64,000 nt of DNA, from positions 73,176 to 137,175 of the forward strand of contig JAZQDV010000007.1 of assembly GCA_045546975.1 (NCBI GenBank). The letters run 5' to 3'. Below are positions 45,372-56,005 of this stretch, piece by piece. The notes beneath the pieces are model-generated. The model was not told where the DNA came from, ran no database searches, and saw only the letters and a list, made by a program, of their open reading frames with translations. The DNA is from Eubacteriales bacterium. Lineage in GTDB: Bacteria > Bacillota > Clostridia > Oscillospirales > JAAYXM01. A program made the translations under genes and the position numbers. Position 1 is the first letter of the stretch, and each line of letters starts with the position of its first letter.

Positions 45372-45926
45372 TTACGCTTTCCCGGTTTTTGCCTTTTTCG
45401 GCTCAAGGATATCGTATCTAACAATTCCGACGATGACGGAAATGAGTATGCCGATGTGGGTTACGAGATTTGCCCAGGCAACAGGTGCTGCCATAAAGTC
45501 ATAGGTTGTCCAGATAATCATATTGAAGAAGAAAATAATTCTTGTAAAACGCGGATTTGTTGAGCTTACTCCGACAAGGAAGAGGATTGAACCGAGAGTC
45601 GGTAGAAGGTCATACGGAACGCGGACGCTTCCTGCCATATAGAGAACGCCTGCGGAAACAAGTGCATAAATAAAGAAGAAAATAACGGCAATGTACTTTG
45701 GCGGATTTTTATCCTTGCGGAGGAAAAAGTAATTAATAAGAGTATGTATGCCACCAACAAGGCACATTGCACCGCCTGTGATTTTTGAAAGGTCAAGGAA
45801 CAGGTAGCTGAGCGCTACAAGAAGATTTGAAAGGCACTGCGAAATGATTATCTGCCACTGCTTCTTAAGCTGGAAGCCGACAATGGCAACCACAGTTCCG
45901 ATGTAACCTAAGATAAGAGATGTCAT
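45372..45926 (-). CDS. YgjV-like inner membrane protein
   Basis: About 185 aa with 5-6 TM helices. Start set at MTSLILG behind the AAAGGTGGG RBS. Confidence 0.5.
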   Translation of the reverse strand: MTSLILGYIGTVVAIVGFQLKKQWQIIISQCLSNLLVALSYLFLDLSKITGGAMCLVGGIHTLINYFFLRKDKNPPKYIAVIFFFIYALVSAGVLYMAGSVRVPYDLLPTLGSILFLVGVSSTNPRFTRIIFFFNMIIWTTYDFMAAPVAWANLVTHIGILISVIVGIVRYDILEPKKAKTGKA

Positions 45927-46089
45927 AATTAACCCACCTTTGAAATTTCTCTCTGCTTTGGGCCCGTGTTCTTCGGGCCTCATTTTTGTGTTTTTTCTGC
46001 ATATCTATTAAAAGACGGATATTCCGCTTTTTGCATGAGATTATTATACCATAAATTTGTTTTTTATCAATATTAAAAGGAGCAAAACC

Positions 46090-46815
46090 ATGAAAATATG
46101 TCTCAACTTCTCAGCAAGTGAACGGGAACGTGCAGAGCGTTTCAATTTTGACATCGGTTGTCTTTCATACGCAGCACACGGAAGTGCGCTCTATTCTGAA
46201 AAAAGTGAAACACCGCCATCGGGCGATGTTATGATAATATGTGTAAAAAGTGCGGATTCGCACGTTGCGGCGGCAATATACGACGAGTGTCGGAAGCGGA
46301 AGTTCCGTGCCGTGTTTCTTGACTCGGAAGTAACCTCCAATGAGCTCACACTGCTTTCAGAATCGCTCTCACGCCGCGGCATCCCTCTTTTCTCTCCGAT
46401 AGAGATATCCCACACTCTTCCCGGCTCCCGCCCCGTTGCGGAGCTTGCAGTTTCAGGTGGCAGCATCACGGAATATCTTGAAACTCTGCTCTCGCGCCAC
46501 AAGACTCTTGCGCTGTCACTTCCGAGAATTGCGCTTCGATTTGATATGGGAGAGGATACCTCAATCGGGGTTCCGATTTCGAAAAGAGAAGTCAGACGGC
46601 TCATGAACATACACGATGCAAAGGTTTTCTACTCTCCCGCAATGATGATAAATTACTTTATCTTTTCTCCCGCCCCGCACAATGCAAGTTATATCCTTTT
46701 TGACGATGCGCGCTCGCTTAGCGAAAAAATACGCCTTGCCAAAAAGCAAGGCGTATCTGACCTTTTTCTTACATACAGCGAAATTGCAGATATAATATCA
46801 GCTATTTCCTTTTAA
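46090..46815 (+). CDS. Hypothetical protein (no family recognised)
   Basis: Start set at MKICLNF behind a GGAG RBS. The 3' end overlaps convergent rqcH by 18 nt. Confidence 0.5.
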   Translation: MKICLNFSASERERAERFNFDIGCLSYAAHGSALYSEKSETPPSGDVMIICVKSADSHVAAAIYDECRKRKFRAVFLDSEVTSNELTLLSESLSRRGIPLFSPIEISHTLPGSRPVAELAVSGGSITEYLETLLSRHKTLALSLPRIALRFDMGEDTSIGVPISKREVRRLMNIHDAKVFYSPAMMINYFIFSPAPHNASYILFDDARSLSEKIRLAKKQGVSDLFLTYSEIADIISAISF

Positions 46816-48549
46816 TTTTGAGAGAAGTTCCTCGTCTGGATCAACGTATGCTGTATAGTAGTTTGTGTAAATTACTCTTCCGGGAGCTGCGCCCTGCGGT
46901 TTTTTCACATATCTTACCTCGGCATAGTCGACGGGCACATTTTTTGAATCCTTTGCGCGCGAGAGCGTTGCCGCGATAATTGCAGCTTCCGTATAAAGGC
47001 GTGCCGGCGGCTCGTCGTCAAATGCACGCTCGACTATTACGTGTGAGCCCGGAATATTCTTTGTGTGAAACCACAGGTCGTACTTCTCCGCGCTTTTTAA
47101 GGTAAGTGCATCGTTTTGCTTGTTGTTTCTTCCTGCATATATCGTATATCCGTCGCTTGAAATAAACCTGTACGGACGAAGTGCCGTCTGCTTTTTGTCG
47201 CGGCGGATATTTTTGTCAACATACCCCATTTCGCGAAGCTCCTCGCGGATTTCCGCAATATCAGCCGTGCTTTCGGCCTTCTCAATGCTCTCAAGCACGC
47301 TTTCAAGGTATATGAGCTCCTCCTCACCGGCACTTATCTGCTCGGTTATATACTTTTCCGCATTCTTCATTCTGCGATATGAACGAAAAAGCTTTTCCGA
47401 GTTTTCCTGCGGAGTAAGTCGCGGATCCAGCTCTATCTCAACCTCTTCGTTGTCGGCAAAGTAGTTTATAGCGCAAAAAGAGGACATACCCTTCTCTAAC
47501 CGGTAGATGTTTGCCGCAATAAGCTCACCCGTCTCGCGAAGACCCTCGCGATTTTCTGCGCGCAAAAGCTCCTCTTTCTGGAGTGCAAGTTTCTTTTCCG
47601 TTCTCGAAATCGAGTTTTTTACCACCTGCAAAATACCGTGGGCGTGTGAGCGAAGCCCCTCACGAAGCTCGCGAATTTCATAGAAATCAGAAAGCACCTC
47701 AGAGAGCGTTTCACGCTCCTCGCACCGCATAGTTTCCTCGTACTGCCGTATCGGGAAGTATGAGAATTCGTACGGATGCTTGCCGTCAAACACAATACAC
47801 GGGCATTTCTTTTCGTTTACCGTTTCAAAAATTGCCGCTGCAAGCTTTTCGCGCTCTGAGAGATCAAAATCTCGCATAAGAAAAGCGGTGTCTCCCGTCG
47901 CAAGATATGAAAGCTCGCGCGCGACAAGCGGAGAAAAGCCGAGAAATGTGGATATTATCCATTTATCGCACGGGATATCTCCCTTTTCGTTGCAGATAAT
48001 CTCAAACAGCTCTGCGCGCGAGTATCCTCGCGGATTGAGCTTTTCCTGCGCCGGAGGAAGCGTATAAAAGAGCCCCGGAAGTACCTGACGCTTTTCACTC
48101 ATTCCTATATCGACACGCTTTAAGCACTCTATGACCCTATCCTCGCCATCACGCAGGATTATATTTGAATGACGACCCATAAGCTCACATGTGAGCGTTC
48201 TTGTGGTCGCAACACCCATCTCGTCGTTTACTGAAAGCTTTATGTCGATAATCCTCTCCATCTCAGGAGATGAGACCGAGATAATCTTTCCGTTTGTGAG
48301 ATGCTTTCGCAAAAGCATACAGAACATCGGCGCATTTGCGGGGTTTTCCCTTGTACGCTCGGTTAAGTGAATGCGCGGAAATGACGCGTTTGCTGAAACG
48401 ATAAGGCGTTTTCCTTTTACAAACGGGCCGCGGAGCGCGATTACTATATCGTCGCGCTGAGGCTGATGTATCTTGTCTATCCTTGCATCTTTTAAGGTGT
48501 TATTCAGTTCTTCGGCAAGCGCACTTATAAATACTGCGTCAATTGCCAT
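46798..48549 (-). CDS. rqcH: Ribosome quality-control protein RqcH (NFACT / FbpA family)
   Basis: 583 aa. N-terminal NFACT-N (IDKIHQP...), a coiled-coil middle region, and C-terminal NFACT-R (DLWFHTKNIPGSHVI). Confidence 0.85.
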   Translation of the reverse strand: MAIDAVFISALAEELNNTLKDARIDKIHQPQRDDIVIALRGPFVKGKRLIVSANASFPRIHLTERTRENPANAPMFCMLLRKHLTNGKIISVSSPEMERIIDIKLSVNDEMGVATTRTLTCELMGRHSNIILRDGEDRVIECLKRVDIGMSEKRQVLPGLFYTLPPAQEKLNPRGYSRAELFEIICNEKGDIPCDKWIISTFLGFSPLVARELSYLATGDTAFLMRDFDLSEREKLAAAIFETVNEKKCPCIVFDGKHPYEFSYFPIRQYEETMRCEERETLSEVLSDFYEIRELREGLRSHAHGILQVVKNSISRTEKKLALQKEELLRAENREGLRETGELIAANIYRLEKGMSSFCAINYFADNEEVEIELDPRLTPQENSEKLFRSYRRMKNAEKYITEQISAGEEELIYLESVLESIEKAESTADIAEIREELREMGYVDKNIRRDKKQTALRPYRFISSDGYTIYAGRNNKQNDALTLKSAEKYDLWFHTKNIPGSHVIVERAFDDEPPARLYTEAAIIAATLSRAKDSKNVPVDYAEVRYVKKPQGAAPGRVIYTNYYTAYVDPDEELLSKLKGNS

Positions 48550-48561
48550 AAAAGCTCACCT

Positions 48562-49350
48562 CTATATCGTGAAAAAATCTGTACAGTCAAAATTCGATTT
48601 TGCAACAGAAACAGAAAGCGACGGGAATGCGCTTTTAATTATCTCCTCAATTTTCGGACAAACTATATTTTCCGTTGCAAAATGCCCTGCATCAATTGCG
48701 TTTATCCCAAGTTCACGCGCCTCTAAAAAGTGGTTGTGCTTTATGTCTGCAGTAACTATTGTATCAAAGCCGAGCTTTGTTGCATAGGCAACAAAATCAC
48801 CGCACGAGCCACCGCCCACCGCGACGCGATGTACAGGGCGATCTTCATCGTGATACTTTACTCCGGAAACGGAAAGTTTTTTGCACACAGTCTCCATAAA
48901 GTCTTGAAGCTTCATCTTGCTCTTTAAGTTTCCGCATCTGCCAAGGCCTGATTTACTATCATCTTTAGGTTCAATGACTTCGGTATCGGAAAGTCCGAGA
49001 GTTTCTGCAAGAATGTCGTTTACTCCACCGCGTGCGCTGTCAAGATTTGTGTGCATACAGATTCCTGCAATGTTTTTTTCTATCATCGAAAGGATGATGT
49101 TTCCCATAACGTCGCTGTCGCAGATATTGGTTCTCGGTGTGAAAATCACAGGGTGGTGCGATACTATAAGCTCTGCCCCGATTTCTTCAGCCTCGCGCAC
49201 AACATCGCTTGTTATATCAAGGGCGACGAGCACCTTTTTAACCTCACGCTCTCCTCTTCCAACGAGAAAGCCCGGGTTGTCAAAGCTCTCCGCAAGAGAG
49301 AGCGGGGCCACCTTTAACAGTGCGTCCAAAATTTTATTTACTGTCGGCAT
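48562..49350 (-). CDS. Nif3-like dinuclear metal-centre protein
   Basis: 262 aa. Contains LVSHHP and TADIKHH motifs. Lies next to trmK. Confidence 0.85.
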   Translation of the reverse strand: MPTVNKILDALLKVAPLSLAESFDNPGFLVGRGEREVKKVLVALDITSDVVREAEEIGAELIVSHHPVIFTPRTNICDSDVMGNIILSMIEKNIAGICMHTNLDSARGGVNDILAETLGLSDTEVIEPKDDSKSGLGRCGNLKSKMKLQDFMETVCKKLSVSGVKYHDEDRPVHRVAVGGGSCGDFVAYATKLGFDTIVTADIKHNHFLEARELGINAIDAGHFATENIVCPKIEEIIKSAFPSLSVSVAKSNFDCTDFFTI

Positions 49351-50012
49351 AGCTTTTCCATCTCCTCAATGTCGCGCATTTGCGCTTCTTCTTCGTCTTT
49401 TTTTAGGACTCCCGCCCTCTTCCTGTTTTCAAACTCATAAGAAAGGCGGTTTCGGACTTTTTGTATATACGCGTGAGCGTTTTCTTCCGAAAGCCCTGTT
49501 CGGCTTATATACTTTTCAAACGACTCAAATCCGTCTTTTCCGTCGAAGTGCGCGGTAATTACACAGTACATATGTCCGTTATGGGAAACAAACTTTTCTC
49601 TTTTTATCGAAAAGCCCTCGCGGTATAAAAACTCCCGCAGGATTTCCGAGCGCGTCATCGGTTGCAGCACGAGCGTGCATCTATCTTTGGTCCAATTTGC
49701 CCGTGAAATGATATCTGCTATCGTTTCACCGCCCATACCTGCAATTACAACACAATCGTGATGCTCTATTCCCGAAAGCCCGTCAGTCAGCACGGTTTCT
49801 ATCTTATCCCCCTGCCCTGACGCTTCTATTTCCCTCTTTGCATTTTTAAGCGGGCCCTCGTTTATATCACTTGCTGTTATTTTCTTCGCAAGGCCCCTCT
49901 CTGCCGCACATATCGAAACATAGCCGTGGTCACAGCCGACGTCAACAAGTGTTTCGCATACGGGGATCGACTCTAAAACCGCCGAGAGGCGCGCATCAAG
50001 TTTCTTGTCCAA
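49338..50012 (-). CDS. trmK: tRNA (adenine22-N1)-methyltransferase
   Basis: DVGCDHGY SAM-binding motif and IAGMGG. TTG start 7 nt after GGAGG. Confidence 0.8.
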   Translation of the reverse strand: MDKKLDARLSAVLESIPVCETLVDVGCDHGYVSICAAERGLAKKITASDINEGPLKNAKREIEASGQGDKIETVLTDGLSGIEHHDCVVIAGMGGETIADIISRANWTKDRCTLVLQPMTRSEILREFLYREGFSIKREKFVSHNGHMYCVITAHFDGKDGFESFEKYISRTGLSEENAHAYIQKVRNRLSYEFENRKRAGVLKKDEEEAQMRDIEEMEKLCRQ

Positions 50013-50077
50013 GCCTTTTCCTCCAAGTCCCTGTATAAAAATTGCGTGGCAGAAGGCCACGCAATTTTGGTTTTATA

Positions 50078-50281
50078 TTACTTGCCCTCGAGGTGGTTGT
50101 TGAGCTTCTCAAGAAGAGCGTCAACGTCTACACCGTGAACCATGCAAGCCTGCTCAAGTGTTTCGCCGCGGGAAGCAGGGCATCCAAGGCAGTGCATACC
50201 AATCTCAAAAAAGTAAGGTGCTGTAGTAACATCCATATCGAGAATATCGCCGATAATGGTATCTCTTGTAATCTGTGCCAT
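50078..50281 (-). CDS. DUF1858-domain protein (hybrid-cluster-protein-associated redox disulfide domain)
   Basis: 67 aa. Contains the GMHCLGCP motif. Confidence 0.75.
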   Translation of the reverse strand: MAQITRDTIIGDILDMDVTTAPYFFEIGMHCLGCPASRGETLEQACMVHGVDVDALLEKLNNHLEGK

Positions 50282-50418
50282 ATCAAAAACTCCTTTTACT
50301 TTGATACTTATATTATATACTCAAAACATGGTTTTTTCAAGAGCATTTTTATTTTTGGATATCATTTACTTTAACCCTCAAATTTGGTATAATTATATAA
50401 AATTACGCTATATGAGAG

Positions 50419-51120
50419 GTGTTAGTCTTGGCAGAAGGACACCGCGAAAGATTAAGGCGCCGTTTCCGAGAGGAAAACATCGATACCATTCCGGATTACG
50501 TCGTTCTTGAAATGATGCTTCAGGGGATTATCTCCCGTCGCGATACCAGAGAAATAGGCCGTGAGCTAATACGCGTTTTCGGCGGTCTCCCTCAGGTTCT
50601 GGATGCGCCTGAAAGTGAGCTCTGCAAAATCCCCGGTATGGGCGAGAGTGCGGCGCAGTTCATAAAGCTTATCCCGTCCTTTTATCGCAGATACTGTGCG
50701 GATAAGTGGAAGGAGCCAATCATCTTCTCAGGGGTTGAGGACGCCTGCAAATATCTCGAAACCCGTTTTATCGGCTATAAGTCAGAGGTTCTTATTGCGA
50801 TGTGTATGGACGCAAACAGTAAACTCATTGCCTGCCGTCCTGTCTTTGAAGGCTCTGTCAACGCCGTTGATGTGAGTGTCAGGGCCGTTTTGCAGTTTGC
50901 TCTTGCGTTTAACGCGAGTCGTGTTATCATCGGGCACAATCACCTGCACGGCGATGCTTTCCCGTCCTATGATGACCTTGAAACCACAAAGAAAATCTAT
51001 AACGCACTCTCTTATGTCAACATACACCTTGACGACCATATAATCGTTGTTGAAAACGACCACGTATCACTTGCACAAAGCGGATTTCTTCCGCAGGCAA
51101 AAACCAAGGAGGAAAAATAA
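50419..51120 (+). CDS. radC: RadC-like JAB-domain protein
   Basis: N-terminal GHRERLRRRF, HhH region, and C-terminal JAB motif HNHLHGDAFPSYDD. Confidence 0.85.
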   Translation: MLVLAEGHRERLRRRFREENIDTIPDYVVLEMMLQGIISRRDTREIGRELIRVFGGLPQVLDAPESELCKIPGMGESAAQFIKLIPSFYRRYCADKWKEPIIFSGVEDACKYLETRFIGYKSEVLIAMCMDANSKLIACRPVFEGSVNAVDVSVRAVLQFALAFNASRVIIGHNHLHGDAFPSYDDLETTKKIYNALSYVNIHLDDHIIVVENDHVSLAQSGFLPQAKTKEEK

Positions 51121-51122
51121 CG

Positions 51123-53270
51123 ATGTCTTATGCAGAAACTATCGCAAAGGAATTTTCCGTACGCGAGGATTATGTTTCAAATATAATTTCGCTTCTCGAT
51201 GAAGGAAATACGATTCCGTTTATCGCGCGTTACCGCAAGGAAATGCACGGTACTATGGACGACCAGCTCATCAGAAGTATTTCCGAAAAACTTGAATATC
51301 TCAGAAACCTCGATGCACGCCGTGAGGAAGTGCGCGCTCTTATCGACGGTCAGGGCAATCTCACAGATGAGATAAGCGCCTCTCTTAATGCAGCCGAAAC
51401 TCTTGCGGAAATCGACGATATTTACCGTCCCTTCCGTCCAAAGCGCAAAACAAGGGCTTCTGTTGCAAAGGAAAAGGGGCTTGAGCCTCTCGCAGAGCTC
51501 ATTTTCTCCTCTCAGGAGACAGACGCAAATCCCGAAGAGCTTGCACTTCCGTTTGTCGATGCGGAAAAGGGTGTAGAGGACGTTGCGGCAGCACTTGCAG
51601 GTGCATCTGACATTATTGCCGAAATGGTATCCGACGATGCAGAGGTCAGAAAAAGAGTCCGAAACCTTTGCAGAATCCACGGCATTGTCACCTCAACTGC
51701 CTCAAAGGATGCAGAGGACAGTGTTTATTCAATGTACTACGAATTCACCCAGCCCGTAGCAAAGCTTGCAGGACACAGAGTTCTTGCTCTTAACCGCGGT
51801 GAAAAAGAAGAGTTCTTAAAGGTCTCAATCGACCTTGACGAAACCCGTCCCTTAAACTCTATCCGTTCACTTTTTGTAAAAGGTGCTTCCGCTTGCGCAA
51901 GCCTTGTAAATGCGGCTTGTGAGGATGCATATTCCCGTCTTATCTTCCCCTCCATTGAGCGTGAAATCCGTTCAGAGCTTACCGATGCGGCAAACGAAGA
52001 TGCAATTAAGCTCTTTGCAACAAACCTCCGTCAGCTTCTTATGGCTCCGCCCGTAAAAGGCAAGGTCGCGCTCGGACTTGACCCCGGATACCGTACAGGC
52101 TGCAAGCTTGCGGTAGTTGACGCAACGGGAAAGGTTCTTGACACATCGGTTATATACGTCACCCACGGCGAGGCGCAGGAGAAAAAGTCCGCCGAGGTAT
52201 TAAAGCAGAAAATTGCAAAATGGGGCGTTGAGATAATTGCTATCGGCAACGGTACCGCATCAAAGGAAACTGAGCTTTTCTGCGCAAAGGTACTTCGCGA
52301 GATTCCACAGAAGGTCGCATATATGGTTGTATCTGAGGCGGGCGCCTCCGTCTATTCCGCTTCAAAAGCAGCAGCTCTTGAGATGCCCGAATTTGACCTT
52401 ACGCTCCGAAGTGCAGTCTCTATTGCAAGACGTCTTCAGGACCCTCTTGCAGAGCTTGTAAAAATCGAGCCGAAGGCAATCGGAGTCGGGCAGTATCAGC
52501 ACGATATGCCGCAAAAACAGCTTGAAGGCGCGCTCGACGGTGTAGTTGAGGACTGCGTAAACAGTGTGGGTGCTGACCTTAATACTGCATCAAGCGCACT
52601 TTTGGGACACATTTCAGGTCTTTCTCAGGCAGTTTGCAAAAACATCGTAGCATACCGCGAGGAAAATGGCAGCTTCAAATCCCGTTCAGAGCTTTTGAAG
52701 GTTTCAAAGCTCGGCGCAAAGGCATACGAGCAGTGCGCAGGATTTTTGCGCGTTCCCGGAAGCCGCAATCCGCTTGACAACACAGGTGTTCACCCCGAAT
52801 CCTACAAGGCTACGGAAGCGCTTCTGAAGCTTTTTGATATCGACATCAAAAACCTCTCACAAATGGGAGCAGTTATTTCAGAAAAGGCAAAATCCGAGGG
52901 GCTCCCCTCACTTGCTGAGAAGCTTGGAGTCGGCGTCCCCACGCTCTCCGACATTCTCCGCGAGCTCGGAAAACCGGGCCGTGACCCGCGCGACGAGCTT
53001 CCGCCTCCGCTTCTCCGCGAGGACGTACTTGATATGAAGGACTTAAAGGAAGGTATGACGCTCAAGGGTACAGTGCGAAACGTAATCGACTTTGGCGCGT
53101 TTGTCGATATTGGCGTTCATCAGGACGGACTTGTCCACATCTCCCAGATAAGCGACAGGTTTATAAAGCATCCGTCAGAAGCATTGAAGGTGGGCGATGT
53201 CGTCACCGTAAAGGTGCTCGGCGTTGACCTTGACAAAAAGAGAATAAGCCTCACAATGAAGGGCGTATAA
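51123..53270 (+). CDS. Tex-like transcription accessory protein with S1 RNA-binding domain
   Basis: 715 aa. N-terminal IPFIARYRKE, YqgF-like and HhH regions, C-terminal S1 domain (GTVRNVIDFGAFVDIG). Confidence 0.9.
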   Translation: MSYAETIAKEFSVREDYVSNIISLLDEGNTIPFIARYRKEMHGTMDDQLIRSISEKLEYLRNLDARREEVRALIDGQGNLTDEISASLNAAETLAEIDDIYRPFRPKRKTRASVAKEKGLEPLAELIFSSQETDANPEELALPFVDAEKGVEDVAAALAGASDIIAEMVSDDAEVRKRVRNLCRIHGIVTSTASKDAEDSVYSMYYEFTQPVAKLAGHRVLALNRGEKEEFLKVSIDLDETRPLNSIRSLFVKGASACASLVNAACEDAYSRLIFPSIEREIRSELTDAANEDAIKLFATNLRQLLMAPPVKGKVALGLDPGYRTGCKLAVVDATGKVLDTSVIYVTHGEAQEKKSAEVLKQKIAKWGVEIIAIGNGTASKETELFCAKVLREIPQKVAYMVVSEAGASVYSASKAAALEMPEFDLTLRSAVSIARRLQDPLAELVKIEPKAIGVGQYQHDMPQKQLEGALDGVVEDCVNSVGADLNTASSALLGHISGLSQAVCKNIVAYREENGSFKSRSELLKVSKLGAKAYEQCAGFLRVPGSRNPLDNTGVHPESYKATEALLKLFDIDIKNLSQMGAVISEKAKSEGLPSLAEKLGVGVPTLSDILRELGKPGRDPRDELPPPLLREDVLDMKDLKEGMTLKGTVRNVIDFGAFVDIGVHQDGLVHISQISDRFIKHPSEALKVGDVVTVKVLGVDLDKKRISLTMKGV

Positions 53271-53369
53271 TCGTTCTAAGCATGCCATGGTACAGGCGTG
53301 GTATGGTGCTTTTTCCGTATTCCGTCTATTATTATAGAGAGAAACACATTTCATAAGGAGGTAATTCGT

Positions 53370-53942
53370 TTGAAAAAAAACATGTCATTTATTTTAGTTT
53401 TGGTATTGGTCTGCGTGTTGGGTCTGGTCGGTTGTTCCAACCCGAGCAACGAGCAAAATGATTACGATATACCGGAAAATACAAAGTCAAACCTTTCTGA
53501 AATTGCAGTTGAAGAGCCCTTGGATTTAGAAACAAGTTCCGGAGTCGGTGTTGAAATCGCTTTTGAAAGTGAGAATATGCTTATTTTCTACGGCGAGTTT
53601 GGCTTGTTTGGTTATGACTTGAAATCAAGTGAATTAAAGTTCTCCGTTGATTTTGTAAAAGCAGTTGGTATTGAAGGAAGTGTTCAGGGCAGTTACGGTA
53701 CAGCTGTTGATGTGAGTGAGGATGGTAATACAATTATTATTTCCGAATACAATGTCGAAGGAGAAACAAGAGGAAAAACTTGTTATATTGATATACCCTC
53801 TATGACCTATGAACACAGTGAATATCAGCCTTTAGAAACTGCTTTCCTAAAGGAAAACATCAACGGCTCTATCTATCCGGGCTTAAAAATCAGTCAGATA
53901 AAATATATGCTTGGCGATAAAGAATGGAATTTGTTTGAATAA
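53370..53942 (+). CDS. Lipoprotein, unknown function
   Basis: TTG start behind AAGGAGG. Lipobox LGLVGC|S. Confidence 0.6.
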   Translation: MKKNMSFILVLVLVCVLGLVGCSNPSNEQNDYDIPENTKSNLSEIAVEEPLDLETSSGVGVEIAFESENMLIFYGEFGLFGYDLKSSELKFSVDFVKAVGIEGSVQGSYGTAVDVSEDGNTIIISEYNVEGETRGKTCYIDIPSMTYEHSEYQPLETAFLKENINGSIYPGLKISQIKYMLGDKEWNLFE

Positions 53943-53966
53943 AATAGCTTCCAATTAGTCGAAAAT

Positions 53967-54006
53967 AAAAAGAGGCTGTGATTATAAATAATCACAGCCT
54001 CTTTTT
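53967..54006. terminator. Bidirectional terminator
   Basis: AAAAAGAGGCTGTGATT-ATAAAT-AATCACAGCCTCTTTTT. Confidence 0.8.
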
Positions 54007-54007
54007 A

Positions 54008-55507
54008 CTATTTTGCAAAATCAAGAAGTGTTTTTGCGTCGAGCTTATCATAGTTTGCGATGAACTCTGAAAGCTCTCCGGCTATCTTTTTTGCGCCGCC
54101 TGTCTTTGCGCTCTCAATGTTGAGCGGAAGAAGCGGGTCGTGGAGAGAAAGGCGAAGTAAGAACCAACCGTCGCCGACGTTTACGCGAACGCCCTCGTAG
54201 TTGCTCGGAGCAAGGCTCCAGCCGTCTTTTTTCTCTGCATATTCCTTGAGATCCTCAATGACCTTCTGTCCGTATTCCTTAAAGTCGTCAAGCTTTATGT
54301 TCATGCGGAACTCAACGCTCTCTGCCGGCTCTTCAAGACTCTCAATGAGAGATTCAAGTGTGTAGCCGTTCTTTCTGCCGCGTGCAAGCTCAATTAAAAG
54401 CTTTGTTACAAGGTATGCACCGTCGTCGAGGAAGTAGTTTTCCTTAAGTGCGCCGTGACCTGATGTCTCGATTGCGAGCTGGCTGTCACGACCCTCATTA
54501 TTGAGGCGGATAGACTCGTTGATAACGTTTCTGTATCCGCGCTTAAAGCGGTGATGTACACCACCCTTTTCTGCGATGAACTTTGCAAGACCCTCTGATG
54601 TGATAGAGTCCGTAACAATAGTTGTGCCCGGATGCTCACGCAAAAGGATTGCTGCAAGCATTGCAATTATGCGGTTGCGGTTTAATTCACTTCCGTCAGA
54701 GAGAACTGCGCCTGCGCGGTCAACGTCAGTATCGAAGATAATACCGAGATCTGCTCCCGTCTCGCGCACTGCCTCTGTGATGCTCTCCATAGCCTCTTTG
54801 TTCTCGGGGTTCGGGATATGATTCGGGAAGCTTCCGTCAGGCTCGAGGAATCGGCTTCCTGCAGTTTCTGCACCAAGGGGTTTTAAGACCTTGTCTACAT
54901 AGAAGCCGCCGGCACCGTTACCTGCGTCCACGACCACCTTGAATCCTGCAAGGGGCTTTTCTTCGCCGCAAGCGGTACGGATTTTATCTGCAAGAATTTC
55001 GGAATACTTATCCATAAACTCGCCCGTAACGTATGTACCCTTGGGGAGATTTGTCTTCTCATTACTTTCTGCAAACGCGAGAATCTCCTTGATGTTTGAA
55101 GACTCAAGACCGCCATCCTTTGTAAAGAACTTAAAGCCGTTTCTGTTAAACGGGAGATGACTTGCGGTAATCATAACCGTACCGTCAAAGCTGTATCCTT
55201 CCGTAACAGTTGCCATAAACATTGCAGGAGTACTTGCCATGCCGAAATCTGTAACATCAATTCCCTCTTCAACAAGGGCGGATGCAAGCCAGCTTGCAAG
55301 GTTTTCACCCGAAAGTCGTGAATCACGACCTATAGCAACTCGGATGCCTGAGCCCTTGCCTGTCTTTTTCATAATCCAGAGAGCAAAACCGCGACCGATG
55401 TCCTTACATACGCTTTCTGTAAGATTTACGCTCTGCCCTTCTATTCCCTCAAGAGCAACACCGCGTATATCACTGCCGTTCTGAAGCTTCTTGTAATCCA
55501 TTTCCAT
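54008..55507 (-). CDS. Phosphoglucomutase/phosphomannomutase-family protein
   Basis: 499 aa. Active-site loop TASHLPFNRNG, metal loop DTDVDR, sugar loop ETSGH. Confidence 0.88.
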   Translation of the reverse strand: MEMDYKKLQNGSDIRGVALEGIEGQSVNLTESVCKDIGRGFALWIMKKTGKGSGIRVAIGRDSRLSGENLASWLASALVEEGIDVTDFGMASTPAMFMATVTEGYSFDGTVMITASHLPFNRNGFKFFTKDGGLESSNIKEILAFAESNEKTNLPKGTYVTGEFMDKYSEILADKIRTACGEEKPLAGFKVVVDAGNGAGGFYVDKVLKPLGAETAGSRFLEPDGSFPNHIPNPENKEAMESITEAVRETGADLGIIFDTDVDRAGAVLSDGSELNRNRIIAMLAAILLREHPGTTIVTDSITSEGLAKFIAEKGGVHHRFKRGYRNVINESIRLNNEGRDSQLAIETSGHGALKENYFLDDGAYLVTKLLIELARGRKNGYTLESLIESLEEPAESVEFRMNIKLDDFKEYGQKVIEDLKEYAEKKDGWSLAPSNYEGVRVNVGDGWFLLRLSLHDPLLPLNIESAKTGGAKKIAGELSEFIANYDKLDAKTLLDFAK

Positions 55508-55588
55508 TTCCTCCGTTTGTCTTATATTTACCTTTGCTGTTTACTTTTGTTCTATGCTATTGTATCATACATTTCAAATTTCTACAAC

Positions 55589-55617
55589 TTGAAAAGCATT
55601 TTTTATTCTGCTATAAT
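55589..55617 (+). promoter_or_regulatory. Sigma-A promoter for the small Cys-rich gene
   Basis: TTGAAA, 17-nt spacer, TATAAT (55612-55617). Confidence 0.6.
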
Positions 55618-55653
55618 TGTGAAGAATTGAGTCTTGGCGTCTGAGGTGATTTG

Positions 55654-55833
55654 ATGGAAAATACAATGTGTGAGTTCTGCCTCAATTACGAATACGATTA
55701 TGAGGTGGGCGAATATTACTGTATCATAGATATGGACGAGGATGAGATTGCAAACTTTGACATCTTCAGAAAGCGCGGATGTCCGTATTACCACCCCGGT
55801 GATGAATATACAATTGTCCGAAAACAGAACTAA
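55654..55833 (+). CDS. Small Cys-rich acidic protein (DUF6472-like)
   Basis: 59 aa. CEFC...C...CPYY pattern. GAGGTGA RBS. A hairpin follows at 55834-55863. Confidence 0.55.
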   Translation: MENTMCEFCLNYEYDYEVGEYYCIIDMDEDEIANFDIFRKRGCPYYHPGDEYTIVRKQN

Positions 55834-56005
55834 AGAATGCGACTTCAAAAGAAGTCGCATTCTGCGTATTTCAGGCTTTCTTTTTACGCCCCAACATATT
55901 AATGATAACACAACCACTACACCAAAGTCAATGATTTTTTCTATCCCTCAAGACATTTCTCCGTTTTTAATAAAAGAATTGCATAAATTTTGGCGTTTTT
56001 GCCTA

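Noticed and set aside
48917-49558. 213-aa plus-strand ORF across the Nif3/TrmK genes. Similar long shadow ORFs occur at 36830-37330, 34936-35343 and 46191-46610.
   Set aside because: All are antisense to genes with strong family signatures, and all have Ser/Arg/Pro-rich shadow-frame composition without an RBS.
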